The notes under the pieces are model-generated. The model did not search any database. It was not told the origin of the DNA and saw only the letters and a list, made by a program, of their open reading frames with translations. Shown piece by piece: positions 27,786 to 36,609 of a stretch of 64,000 nucleotides of DNA. Where the stretch lies: the NCBI GenBank assembly GCA_050633305.1, contig JBOEGF010000004.1, positions 352,140 through 416,139 on the forward strand, read 5' to 3'. A program made the position numbers and the translations under genes. The DNA is from Nannocystales bacterium. Its GTDB lineage: Bacteria; Myxococcota_A; Polyangia; Nannocystales; Nannocystaceae. Position 1 is the first letter of the stretch. The number at the start of each line of letters is the position of its first letter.

Positions 27786-28927
27786 GCGTCCTCCGTCGCG
27801 TACGACCACAGCGGGCCGAGGTGCAACGCGTAGGCAGCCACGGCATTGCCGATTCTTCCGGCCGCGCGATACCAGATCGCCCCCGAGTCTCGGGTCGGGA
27901 CCGCGGCGACCTCCATGGAGCGCAGGAGCCCATCGCGAAGTTCATCGTCTTCGAATGCCGCAGCGCCCAAAAGCGCGAGTCCGCTCGCACCCGGACTCGC
28001 CCGCAAGCCTGGGACGATGCCGCCGGAGTCGATGTCAACACGGTGCGGTGCGTCTTCGGGCCATTCTGCGGCTGTGCAGAAGCCAAGTGTGCACTGCGAC
28101 AGCCCTTCGGCGGCCCGGACGTACTGATCGCGAGCAAAGGGAGGATCGAGCAGGAGCAGGTTGTGCGCGACCATGAAGATGCTGCTGCCCTCGGGTCCGT
28201 CCAGCACGTCCCCGTCGTACGTGTAGCTCGAGATGAGCAGACCGGTCTCAGGGTCGACGAGCGAGTGCTTCGCGAACTCGACCCACGCTCGAACGAGCGC
28301 GGTGTGGTCGGTGCCCAATACACGGTCGGAGAGGACGAGAGCCGCCAGCGCTGTCGTGTTGCAGAACGTCCAGCATTCGTTGGGGTAGCTCTCCGCGCTG
28401 AGCGTGGGACTGCGGGTCATCGCCTCCTCGATGAGCACGACCCGCCGCTGCAACGCGTCCCGTAGCTCGGGATCGGGGGCCACGACCAACCGCGCGGCCA
28501 GCATCATCGCCACCTCGCCGTCGACGAACACACTGCGTCCGGCTGGATCTCGAAAGCCCTCCCGCCGCGCATAAGGCAGCAACAACGCAAGCTGTCCAGC
28601 CTCGCGCTCGACTTGCAGCGTCGATGCAATCGTTGCGTCGATTTGCTCGAGCAGCGCCGTCTTCCTGGCGGGTTCAACCAGTGCCGCATTGCTCCAGGCG
28701 AGCACCGAGAACAGATCTGCCATGAGACTCCACTCGGGGTTCCGGGCGCGCTCCTCGGGTGCGCGGGCTAGAGGACCGCGCAAGGCCCGGTCCAACCCCA
28801 AAGCCAGCGCGTCTGGCGAAGGGCGTACCCGATCGACCGCTGGCGCGAGCGCAAGACTCCAGCCGCCCAGAGCAAGAGCCAGGACGGCGGAACGACGGCC
28901 ACGAGACCAAGAAACACCCATGTACAC
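27782..28927 (-). CDS. Linalool dehydratase/isomerase-like (alpha/alpha barrel) exported protein
   Basis: Signal/TM N-terminus; motifs NPEWSLM, AESYPNECWTFCNTTALAAL, EWP...DIDSG resembling the LDI-like family. Start uncertain (28927 or 28921). Confidence 0.6.
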   Translation of the reverse strand: MYMGVSWSRGRRSAVLALALGGWSLALAPAVDRVRPSPDALALGLDRALRGPLARAPEERARNPEWSLMADLFSVLAWSNAALVEPARKTALLEQIDATIASTLQVEREAGQLALLLPYARREGFRDPAGRSVFVDGEVAMMLAARLVVAPDPELRDALQRRVVLIEEAMTRSPTLSAESYPNECWTFCNTTALAALVLSDRVLGTDHTALVRAWVEFAKHSLVDPETGLLISSYTYDGDVLDGPEGSSIFMVAHNLLLLDPPFARDQYVRAAEGLSQCTLGFCTAAEWPEDAPHRVDIDSGGIVPGLRASPGASGLALLGAAAFEDDELRDGLLRSMEVAAVPTRDSGAIWYRAAGRIGNAVAAYALHLGPLWSYATEDA

Positions 28928-29072
28928 ACCTTGCCCCCGCCCATCGCCTCACGCGGCCAGCATCGAGGTCGGTGGCGCTCAGCGGGCCTCGACCGGTCGC
29001 TCCACCCGATCCGGCGGCGGCCGGGCGCGAACGGGGTGGCACAGCCGTTCATTGCACCCTAGTCTCCCGCGC

Positions 29073-29519
29073 ATGAAGCTTCGCGCTGCCTCTCTTTCCA
29101 CGCTGCTGTGCCTGTTCGCCTGTGGTGAGGACGAGACCCCTCGCGACCTCGACGTTTCCTTGGGCTCCGCCCGCGTCTCGGCCCGCATGGAGCCCGCCGA
29201 CGGCCTCGCCGAGCTCGACATCACTGCCGAACTGCAAGCGACCGTGGATCTCGAAGGCGCCGCGGTCCGAGAAGTCACCCTGACCGCCCTTCCCGATGGA
29301 CCCGCGCTCGAGTTCAGCGTCGCGGTTCGAGGCCCGCAGGATGCCCTCGACATCGACCTGCCTGCAGGGGACATCGTCGTAGCCCGCATCACCAACGCGG
29401 AGACGACCAACGCCGAGGTGCTCCCGTTCTGCAACCGTGCGGCCTCGGTCAACGTCGTGTTCGAAGTCGAAGAGATCGAGCGCTCGGCCTCGCGCGATCT
29501 GACCGTTGATTGTTCGTAG
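29073..29519 (+). CDS. Hypothetical lipoprotein
   Basis: MKLRAASLSTLLCLFAC lipobox; ATG 7 nt after TAGTCT. Confidence 0.75.
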   Translation: MKLRAASLSTLLCLFACGEDETPRDLDVSLGSARVSARMEPADGLAELDITAELQATVDLEGAAVREVTLTALPDGPALEFSVAVRGPQDALDIDLPAGDIVVARITNAETTNAEVLPFCNRAASVNVVFEVEEIERSASRDLTVDCS

Positions 29520-29635
29520 TGTGAGGCTGGCCACGCTCGAGACTTCCGGGACCCCCGGCCGTCGTTTCGGGCGTGCCCTGGGCCGCACAATCAGCGGTTT
29601 TCGGGTCGGTGCGTGGTGACGTCTAATCGCAGGCG

Positions 29636-30610
29636 ATGGATGGTGCCGATTCTGTTCTCGATATGGCGGTCCAGTTCGCCGGAGACGGCGAGAGTTCCGA
29701 CGCCGAAGCCCTCATTCGCTTCGCGTTGAGCACCGACCCCGAGTCCGCGCGGGCTCACCTCATCCTGGCGCACCTCCGAGCCCGCCGTGGCGAACTCGCG
29801 GACGGCGTCGATGAGCTGATCGCCAGCGCTCGGCGTCTCGCCACGGCCCCGGTCGAGGATCCTTGCCACCTCTACGCGATGTTCGGCGGCGCCCTCGAGT
29901 TGGCCCCCGAACGACTCGAGCTCCACGTCGACTTGGCCCGGCTCCAGGCGGCGTTCGATGACGTGCCCGGGGCGCTGGCGCGGCTCGTTCAGCTCTCCGC
30001 GATCTACGTCGAAGCAGGGTGTCATGACGACGCCCGCGATGTGCTCGCCGTCGCGAGCGCCTGGGACCCGCAATCCTCCGTGGCCGGCGTGATCGAGACG
30101 GAGCTCCCCATCGAGGAGAGCATTCCGATCCTGCTCGAGGAGGTCGAGGAAGACGATGTGCCGCAGCCCGTCCCCTCTCCGGTCCGGCGGCCCCGCGTCG
30201 CAACGATCTGCACCCCGACACTGTTGCGCGGTGCCGACGGGTCGATGCTCCCCAACCAGGACGCCGTCCCTGCCCCCGCGCAGTCGCGGCGTGGACGTCC
30301 GACTCGGACGTCCACGATCTGCACCCCGACGCTGATGCGCGACGCACAAGGCCGGCTGGTGCCCAACCAGGCGGGCATCCCAAAGCCAGCGACAGAGAGG
30401 TCGCGGCCCGCCCCTACACGACCCCGTGTCCCGGCGCCGCCGACCGACCGGCCCTGCCAACGCTCGGGAAAGAATCGGCGGACATCCATCCGCACACTCC
30501 GCGCGCGCGCGCAGGTTCGAAAGCAAGCCGATGTTTCCATGCGCGAAGCATCGCTGGCCAACCGTCTGCGCAAGCTCGGCGGGCTCCCGAGCACCGAACC
30601 GAGAACCTGA
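29636..30610 (+). CDS. TPR-like helical protein with a duplicated TICTPTL...PNQ motif in a Pro/Arg-rich tail
   Basis: Ala/Leu-rich TPR-like helices in the N-terminal half; two copies of TICTPTL(L/M)RxAxGxxxPNQ. Confidence 0.7.
   Translation: MDGADSVLDMAVQFAGDGESSDAEALIRFALSTDPESARAHLILAHLRARRGELADGVDELIASARRLATAPVEDPCHLYAMFGGALELAPERLELHVDLARLQAAFDDVPGALARLVQLSAIYVEAGCHDDARDVLAVASAWDPQSSVAGVIETELPIEESIPILLEEVEEDDVPQPVPSPVRRPRVATICTPTLLRGADGSMLPNQDAVPAPAQSRRGRPTRTSTICTPTLMRDAQGRLVPNQAGIPKPATERSRPAPTRPRVPAPPTDRPCQRSGKNRRTSIRTLRARAQVRKQADVSMREASLANRLRKLGGLPSTEPRT
30203..30371 (+). repeat. Two imperfect direct repeats (about 58 nt, period 111 nt) inside the TPR-like gene
   Basis: ACGATCTGCACCCCGAC...CCCAACCAGG at 30203 and again at 30314. 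Confidence 0.85.
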
Positions 30611-30613
30611 CGA

Positions 30614-31531
30614 TCAGGGCGCGGCCGCCAACGCAAACTCGAGGCCGCCCCGCACGGCCGCGACCTGCGCTGCGTTGCACTGCGCCGGCGTGGCGCGGGG
30701 ACTGTCCGGGTACACCTCGGTCGTGGTCGTGAAACGGGCGTCTGTCAGTCCCGCGCACAAGCCCAGAGATTTGAACGGATAGTGGATGATGCCCGGTCCG
30801 GTCACATCCGCCCCGATGATCTGGCCGCGCGCGTCGGGCGGGGCGATATGTGTGACCGCCTCGACCGCGGCAATGATCGAGCGCTGGAACTCAGGCTGCG
30901 GGTTCTCGCTGTCGGCAACCGTGTAGAAGCCATCCGGGATCAATCCGGGCTCGAATGCAGTGCCATCCCGCGCCGCAAGTGCGGGCCGGAACTCCTCCTC
31001 GTCGGAGTCGGTCGTCTCGTGCAGATCCATGTGCATCAGGAAGTCGACGCCAAGCTCGGCTACGAATCGGAGCAAGGCGGCAGCCTCCTCGGACGGACTC
31101 CCCGAGACGAAGGAGCGGTTGGGATCGACCGCGCCCGGGTTCCAGCGATGGATGACCTCATAGCCCCAGGGACTCACACACGGCGCGACGACCAGGTTCA
31201 CGCGGCCGGCAAACTCGGGCATCAGGAGCTCGACGCAGTCGAGTGCGCCCTGCACCCCGCTGGTCTCGTAGCCATGCACGCCCCCGGTGACAAGCGCCCA
31301 AGGGACCCCGGACGTGGGTGTGCTCGGCAGCGCAGCGAACAGTGGGTAGCGCTCGGGGTCGAACGTCAGCGCGCCATAGGATCGCACCTCGATGTCCTCC
31401 GGCAATGACTCGAGACGGGCCCGAACCTCATCGAGATAGCTCCGCTTCAAGGGTCTTTGGCGAAGCCACTCGGCGCGCTCGACATCCGACCAAGGCTTTC
31501 CAGGCGTTCCGATTGGATAGAAGCGGTCCAT
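30614..31531 (-). CDS. M14 family metallocarboxypeptidase (succinylglutamate desuccinylase/aspartoacylase-like)
   Basis: GGVHGYETSG (HxxE), DPNRSF, HMDLHET, TTTEVYPDS. Confidence 0.88.
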   Translation of the reverse strand: MDRFYPIGTPGKPWSDVERAEWLRQRPLKRSYLDEVRARLESLPEDIEVRSYGALTFDPERYPLFAALPSTPTSGVPWALVTGGVHGYETSGVQGALDCVELLMPEFAGRVNLVVAPCVSPWGYEVIHRWNPGAVDPNRSFVSGSPSEEAAALLRFVAELGVDFLMHMDLHETTDSDEEEFRPALAARDGTAFEPGLIPDGFYTVADSENPQPEFQRSIIAAVEAVTHIAPPDARGQIIGADVTGPGIIHYPFKSLGLCAGLTDARFTTTTEVYPDSPRATPAQCNAAQVAAVRGGLEFALAAAP

Positions 31532-31565
31532 CACCGCCGGTTGTGCCACAGACTGGACCGGCAGC

Positions 31566-32432
31566 TCAAAGGTCGCGGGCCGCGAACGTATCGCACGCGT
31601 CCATCGAACCGGTCTCGAACCCGATCTTGAACCATTTCATGCGCTGTTTGGAGCTTCCGTGCGTGAACGTCTCGGGCCGAACGGTTCCCCCGGCGCCCTT
31701 CTGCAGTGAGTCATCACCGATCGCCTGGGCGGCACGCAACGCCTCTTCGATGTCGCCCGCCTCCAAGATGTCGCGTTTCTTCGTGTCGTGTGCCCAGATC
31801 CCGGCGTAGCAATCCGCCTGCAGTTCCACACGGACCGAGCCCCCCTCGGCACCTTCATCGCGGCCTTTTCCCAGCACACCTTCGAGGTTCTGCACGTGGT
31901 GCCCGACCTCGTGCGCGATCACGTAGGCCTGGGCGAAGTCTCCTGGCGCACCGAGCTTGTCGGTGAGCAGCTGGTAGAAGCTCAAGTCGATGTACACGTC
32001 CTGATCGGCCGGGCAGTAGAACGGACCGGTCGCCGAGCTTGCGCGGCCGCATGCCGAGGGGACTGTGTCTCGGAACAGCTTGAGCGTTGCCTCGGTGTAC
32101 GACTTCCCTCGCTCCTTGTACTGCTCTGTCCAGACGCGCTGCGCGTCGTCGAGCACCGTGGAGACCAGCCCGATCAGGGCGTCATCCTCGGGCGTGGACT
32201 CCACATTCGCGCTGCCTCCCTCGCCGCCCAGCAGGCCGAGAGACCCGCCGCCGCAGTACTTGAGGCCTCCGAAGATCAGCAGGCCGACCACAGCACCGCC
32301 GATGCCGAACTTCCGGAACAGCAGGGTGATCAGGCCCATGCCTCCTCCGCCAAGACCCCCTCCGCCCCCACGACCTCCGCCCCCGCGAAGGTCCTGAACG
32401 TTGCTGCTGCGATAGTCCTCGTCGTACTTCAT
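31566..32432 (-). CDS. Neutral zinc metallopeptidase, YpfJ family
   Basis: SSNVQDLRG, GPFYCPAD, AYVIAHEVGHHVQ, ELQADCYAG, FTHGSS.QR. Confidence 0.92.
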   Translation of the reverse strand: MKYDEDYRSSNVQDLRGGGGRGGGGGLGGGGMGLITLLFRKFGIGGAVVGLLIFGGLKYCGGGSLGLLGGEGGSANVESTPEDDALIGLVSTVLDDAQRVWTEQYKERGKSYTEATLKLFRDTVPSACGRASSATGPFYCPADQDVYIDLSFYQLLTDKLGAPGDFAQAYVIAHEVGHHVQNLEGVLGKGRDEGAEGGSVRVELQADCYAGIWAHDTKKRDILEAGDIEEALRAAQAIGDDSLQKGAGGTVRPETFTHGSSKQRMKWFKIGFETGSMDACDTFAARDL

Positions 32433-32539
32433 CGCTCTGGCGCGAAGTCTACCCCCTGGACTCTTCCCCGACGTGTAGCACTCCGCCCCGCCCCGCGGCC
32501 CACAGGGACGCGCGACAGCGCGCCCGCGGGGTAGGGGAC

Positions 32540-32588
32540 CCGAGAGCCGGCTTCGCCGGTCTCGGCGGAGGGCCGCGAGGGGCCTCCC
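32540..32588 (-). terminator. Twin GC-rich hairpins immediately downstream of vgrG
   Basis: CCGAGAGCCGGC-TTC-GCCGGTCTCGG and GGAGGGCC...GGCCTCC, a few nt after the vgrG stop. Confidence 0.45.
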
Positions 32589-32594
32589 TACAAC

Positions 32595-34877
32595 CTAATT
32601 CAGTTTGACGTTGCTGCCCTTGACGATGACGTCGCCACTGCCCTTGACCTGGATTTTCTTCCCCTTGATCAAGATGTCACCGCTCTTCTTGAGCGCGATC
32701 GAAGCCTTGCCGCACTTGAACGCGATCTGGGTCTTCACATCGAAGGTCAACTTCTTGTCCCCTTTGAGGACATAGTCATCCTTGGCCGTGATCGACGTCT
32801 TCTTGGTGGCGGTGATGCTCATCGCGTCGCCCGCCTCGATCGTCATCTTCTTCTGCGCCTTGATCGTGATGTCCTTGGCGCACTGGAACTTGCCCGAGAG
32901 GCCCGCGGTGACCGAGAAGGCTCCGACGGCAGTGATGCTCCGGCTCGCGCCGACCTTCTCGGAGTACAACCCGCCCACGGTCACCGACTTTTGCAAACCG
33001 ACGATTTCCTCGGACTTGAGCAAGACGGTGACCTTGCTGGTCTTGGCGATCGTCTGCTCGCGCTTGCCCGTGATGCTCTCGGTCACGTCTTTGGCGATCG
33101 TAATGCTCTGATTGGCGTGGCAGGTGTATGCCGCATCCCCGGTGATCGTGATGGTTTCGGTCCCCGTGACGTTCTCGGTGTGATTGCCGGTGACGTCGAT
33201 CGTCTTGTTGCCCCCGACCGTCTCAGACTGGTCGACGTCCACGGTCTTGGTGCGGTTGTTCGTGACCGCCAAGGTGTCGTCAGCCCCCACGGTGGTGGTC
33301 CGGCAGTTGAGCACGGTGTTGTTCCAGTCCTTCTGGGCATGAAGGTTGATCTCCTCGGACCCAGCAGCGTCTTCAAAGCGGAACTGGTTGAATCCACCGC
33401 CCCCCGGTGAACTGTTCGACTTCCAACCGCTCTGCGTCTTGTTGTCCGGGAGCGGGAACGGGGCAGCGTTGTCACCGTTGTAGACGCAGCCGGTCACCAG
33501 CGGACGATCGGGGTTGCCCTCGAGGAACTGCACGACCACCTCCATTCCGATCCGAGGAATGAACTGGGTGCCCCACGAGGGCCCCGCCCAGCTTTGGGCG
33601 ACACGAACCCAGCACGAGGAGGTGTCGTCGAACGTCATTTCCTCTTCCCAGTGGAACTGCACCATGATCCGGCCGTGCTCATCGGTGTGGATCTCGTCGC
33701 CAGCGGGGCCGCACACCGTCGCGGTCTGAGGACCTCGGATCCGGGGTTTGGGCGTGCGCTGGAGCGGGCGGACCGGCAACTCGAGCGGCTGGACCTCGAT
33801 GCGGTTGCGATACCGACTCTCGTCGCCTCCCTCGGCGACGTTGACGATGACCTCAGGCTGCTGGGACATGTGCACAACCCGGGTCAGGATGAACTTCGTC
33901 TCGAGGTCCACCTTGTGGTGACGCTCGAGTTCGAAGAACTTCCCTGCCCGCATCGTGTGGGCGTTTCCTTCGCCCCGGACCGTGTTCGCACGGGTTTGCG
34001 CCGCCTGCAGAGCATCGGTGGTTCGATCTGAGACGTCATCCGCGATGTATCGGCGACGCATCGAGTCGTAGATCCGGCGGGTGAATCCTGCCTCATCGTG
34101 CTCGATATCTTCCGTCCCGGTCAGCGGCTCGAGCGGCGTCAGGAAGTCGTAGTCCTGCCGCAAGCTCGCGGTCGGAACCAGAGCGATTTTCTGCTCGAAC
34201 GACTGGACCGAGAGGAGTTCGGCCAAGCCCGCACGTGTCGTGATCATCGGGAACACCGAGGTGTCATCGATGTTCATGGCCTCGAGCAACTCGTCGTTCT
34301 CGTGGATGAGGACCATCTTCTCGACATCCCCCTCGTGGTCGAAGATGTACGAGATTCCCTCTTCCTCGAGCAGGCGGCAGACGAAGTCGAAGTCGCTCTC
34401 CCCGTATTGCACGCAGTAGTCACGGGCCGCCGCACCCCGGGCCGCGGTCCCGGTGTCGAGCGCCCGGCCATACGGGCCAAGGAAGTCCCCGAGGACCTCT
34501 CCGACAATCTCGAGCACCGTCATGTCCTGGAACATGCGGTGCTGCGTGTTCTGGCGGGCGAGCGTGAAGGCGGGCGCCAGTCGCAGCCGGATCATCACCT
34601 GGTCCTCGGTCCGACCGATGAAGTCGACCTCGACCACGATGCCGTGGAGGACCTCGGGCACGCCGCCCTCGCGCACCCACTCCACGGTCGCGGACTGCCC
34701 CAGGAATGTGTCGGTCGCAGCATCGAGGCTGTGGCTGACCAGATCGACGGTGGCGTCGTAGGGCCGGTTGATCGCTTCCTCCAAGTAGAAGCGGTAGACG
34801 CTCCACGAACCCGCCTCCGGGCCGGCATCGCAGATGAACATGTGGTCGATCTGAGGAAGCGGGGACACCGCGTCCAT
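32595..34877 (-). CDS. vgrG: Type VI secretion spike protein VgrG/TssI with gp5-like C-terminal beta-helix repeats
   Basis: YCVQYGESDFDFVCRLLEEEGI, GPQTATVCGP, EIHTDEHGRI, SCWVRVAQSWAG, PRIGMEVVVQFLEGNPDRP, FED.AG.E...HAQKD, then Thr/Val-rich repeats. ATG 34877 follows GGAGGG; the ORF-track extension to 36422 is antisense to real genes. Confidence 0.93.
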   Translation of the reverse strand: MDAVSPLPQIDHMFICDAGPEAGSWSVYRFYLEEAINRPYDATVDLVSHSLDAATDTFLGQSATVEWVREGGVPEVLHGIVVEVDFIGRTEDQVMIRLRLAPAFTLARQNTQHRMFQDMTVLEIVGEVLGDFLGPYGRALDTGTAARGAAARDYCVQYGESDFDFVCRLLEEEGISYIFDHEGDVEKMVLIHENDELLEAMNIDDTSVFPMITTRAGLAELLSVQSFEQKIALVPTASLRQDYDFLTPLEPLTGTEDIEHDEAGFTRRIYDSMRRRYIADDVSDRTTDALQAAQTRANTVRGEGNAHTMRAGKFFELERHHKVDLETKFILTRVVHMSQQPEVIVNVAEGGDESRYRNRIEVQPLELPVRPLQRTPKPRIRGPQTATVCGPAGDEIHTDEHGRIMVQFHWEEEMTFDDTSSCWVRVAQSWAGPSWGTQFIPRIGMEVVVQFLEGNPDRPLVTGCVYNGDNAAPFPLPDNKTQSGWKSNSSPGGGGFNQFRFEDAAGSEEINLHAQKDWNNTVLNCRTTTVGADDTLAVTNNRTKTVDVDQSETVGGNKTIDVTGNHTENVTGTETITITGDAAYTCHANQSITIAKDVTESITGKREQTIAKTSKVTVLLKSEEIVGLQKSVTVGGLYSEKVGASRSITAVGAFSVTAGLSGKFQCAKDITIKAQKKMTIEAGDAMSITATKKTSITAKDDYVLKGDKKLTFDVKTQIAFKCGKASIALKKSGDILIKGKKIQVKGSGDVIVKGSNVKLN

Positions 34878-34976
34878 TGTCCCTCCCCCAGGGCTGAACG
34901 CCAAGGACAGGGCAGTCTCATCGCCGGCCGGCCAGCCTCGGGAGCATCGCCGGTTATTTGGACCGATCCCCCGCCC

Positions 34977-35867
34977 ATGCGACGCCAGAGACCCGTGGCA
35001 CGCACGAGAACCTCCCGGTATCGGCCCGTAAAACGGCCCAAGGTCGCATCCCTGTTCTGCGCCGAGGGCCTGCGCGCGCCGGCCTGCGTCGTACTGGACG
35101 CACTGGGAGTGCGAGGGTGGAAAGTGTCCTTGCGGACTGGCGACGCGGCTCGGGAGGCGCTCAAGCGCTTCAGAGATCCCGACGCTGGCCTCCGGGTCTT
35201 GTTCCTCTCCGAGCCGCTGGACCCCCCGTCCCGGGAAGCCCTTCGGCGCGCGCTCGACCCGCTGCAGCGAGGAGACCTGCTCATCGTCGACTTCTTCACG
35301 CCCCGGTCGGTGGTGGAGAACATCCTGAAGTTCTCCGGGTATCGCGTCGGACCACGTCGGCCCTCGCGGGGCCGCCGAACGACCCGTAGCTACCTCGCTC
35401 AGCCCACCCTGGTCGAGAACGCAGTCGATGTCGGGTACTGGTCCCGGTACGGGGTCGGTGCCGCAGCGGCCGGTGTTGCCATCTTGGGCGGTATGTCCAC
35501 GTTCGTGGCTGTGGGAGGGGTATCCAGCATCGCGCCGGCCGCAAGCGAAACCGTCGTCGCCGCCCCTGCCCAGCCTCAGGCTGCCTCCCGGCTCGTCGAT
35601 CACACGGCCCTGTCGGCCACGCGTCCCGTGCTCGACGCCCCGGCATTGCCGCGCGCCCCCAGACCCCCTGAGCCGCCCGCCAACGCGGAGATCCCTGAGG
35701 AGCCCGCGGCGGTTCTCGAAGACGTCCCACTCCCGGAGGTTCCGGTCGAAGGACTCGTCGCCGTCGAGCGCCCGCGAGCCGTGCCCGCCAGCATCGGCCG
35801 CGGGGGTGCACCGGGGCTCCCCCACGCCCCCTCCCTGCACACCGTCGACCCCTTCGAGACCCCATAG
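34977..35867 (+). CDS. Hypothetical membrane protein: alpha/beta N-terminal domain, one TM helix, Pro-rich tail
   Basis: TM segment YGVGAAAAGVAILGGMSTFVAVGGV; coding-like codon usage; start uncertain. Confidence 0.6.
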   Translation: MRRQRPVARTRTSRYRPVKRPKVASLFCAEGLRAPACVVLDALGVRGWKVSLRTGDAAREALKRFRDPDAGLRVLFLSEPLDPPSREALRRALDPLQRGDLLIVDFFTPRSVVENILKFSGYRVGPRRPSRGRRTTRSYLAQPTLVENAVDVGYWSRYGVGAAAAGVAILGGMSTFVAVGGVSSIAPAASETVVAAPAQPQAASRLVDHTALSATRPVLDAPALPRAPRPPEPPANAEIPEEPAAVLEDVPLPEVPVEGLVAVERPRAVPASIGRGGAPGLPHAPSLHTVDPFETP

Positions 35868-35916
35868 AAACGCGACTTGCTGGTCTGGCTGCGCTGGTCG
35901 ATAGTGGAGCGCGGGC

Positions 35917-36600
35917 ATGTCTCGGTTCAGCGTTCTTCTCGCCGCGTTGTGGTTGCACACCGGCTGCACCGACCCCTCCATTGAGCTGCCGAGGGACGCC
36001 GCCCGCCCCCTGTCCCCTCCGGCGGTCGCCATTGCACACGCCAGCGGCGCCCCGACGTCGTCCGAGGAACCGGCGACCCCGCTCGATCCGGAGCCGCCCA
36101 AAGCCGCGACGGATCTGTCCGGCGGAGTCCGTCGAGTCTCCAAGAAGACGATCCGCGCGAGTGTCGAACCCTTGCTCAGGGGCCGCGCCCTCGCCCACCG
36201 GGTGTATGAGGCGCGCTTCGGCCCAACGGTGCGCACCGATGCTCCGACCGCGGTGGTCCTGACGCGAGGGGGACAACCACCGGAACTCGGTGGATTTGCG
36301 CTCAGCGACGGTGAGTCCTTCCCGCTTCCCCGGCTGCACGACGGCGAGACGCCGCTGCATCGCGTCGCGGCAGTCATGTTCCGCAATGTCGATGGCGATG
36401 CCGACCGCGAGGTCATCGCCATTGTCGCCTACGCGGACGAAGACCCCGAAGCGCCGCCCTACTTTTCCAACGTTGTCTTGGATTGGGATGCGCCGCGGGG
36501 CCGATTCGTCCGCCTCGAACAGCTCGAGGGCGAAGTCGAAGCCCTGCACACTGCAGGAGAAGTCCTCGCCCGACTCCGAGATATCCGAGAGTCGGGCTAG
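35917..36600 (+). CDS. Hypothetical lipoprotein
   Basis: Signal peptide ending HTGC; Ca-blade-like NVDGDADRE motif. Confidence 0.72.
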   Translation: MSRFSVLLAALWLHTGCTDPSIELPRDAARPLSPPAVAIAHASGAPTSSEEPATPLDPEPPKAATDLSGGVRRVSKKTIRASVEPLLRGRALAHRVYEARFGPTVRTDAPTAVVLTRGGQPPELGGFALSDGESFPLPRLHDGETPLHRVAAVMFRNVDGDADREVIAIVAYADEDPEAPPYFSNVVLDWDAPRGRFVRLEQLEGEVEALHTAGEVLARLRDIRESG

Positions 36601-36609
36601 CTGGAGCCC

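Noticed and set aside
29037..29051. TGGCACAGCCGTTCA sigma-54-like motif
   Set aside because: The -12 element is TTCA, lacking the conserved GC; a TAGTCT -10 hexamer explains the downstream start better.
34878..36422. Apparent 515-aa N-terminal extension making a 1275-aa VgrG
   Set aside because: It is the antisense of two plausible plus-strand genes; VgrG homology begins near ATG 34877, which has a GGAGGG RBS.
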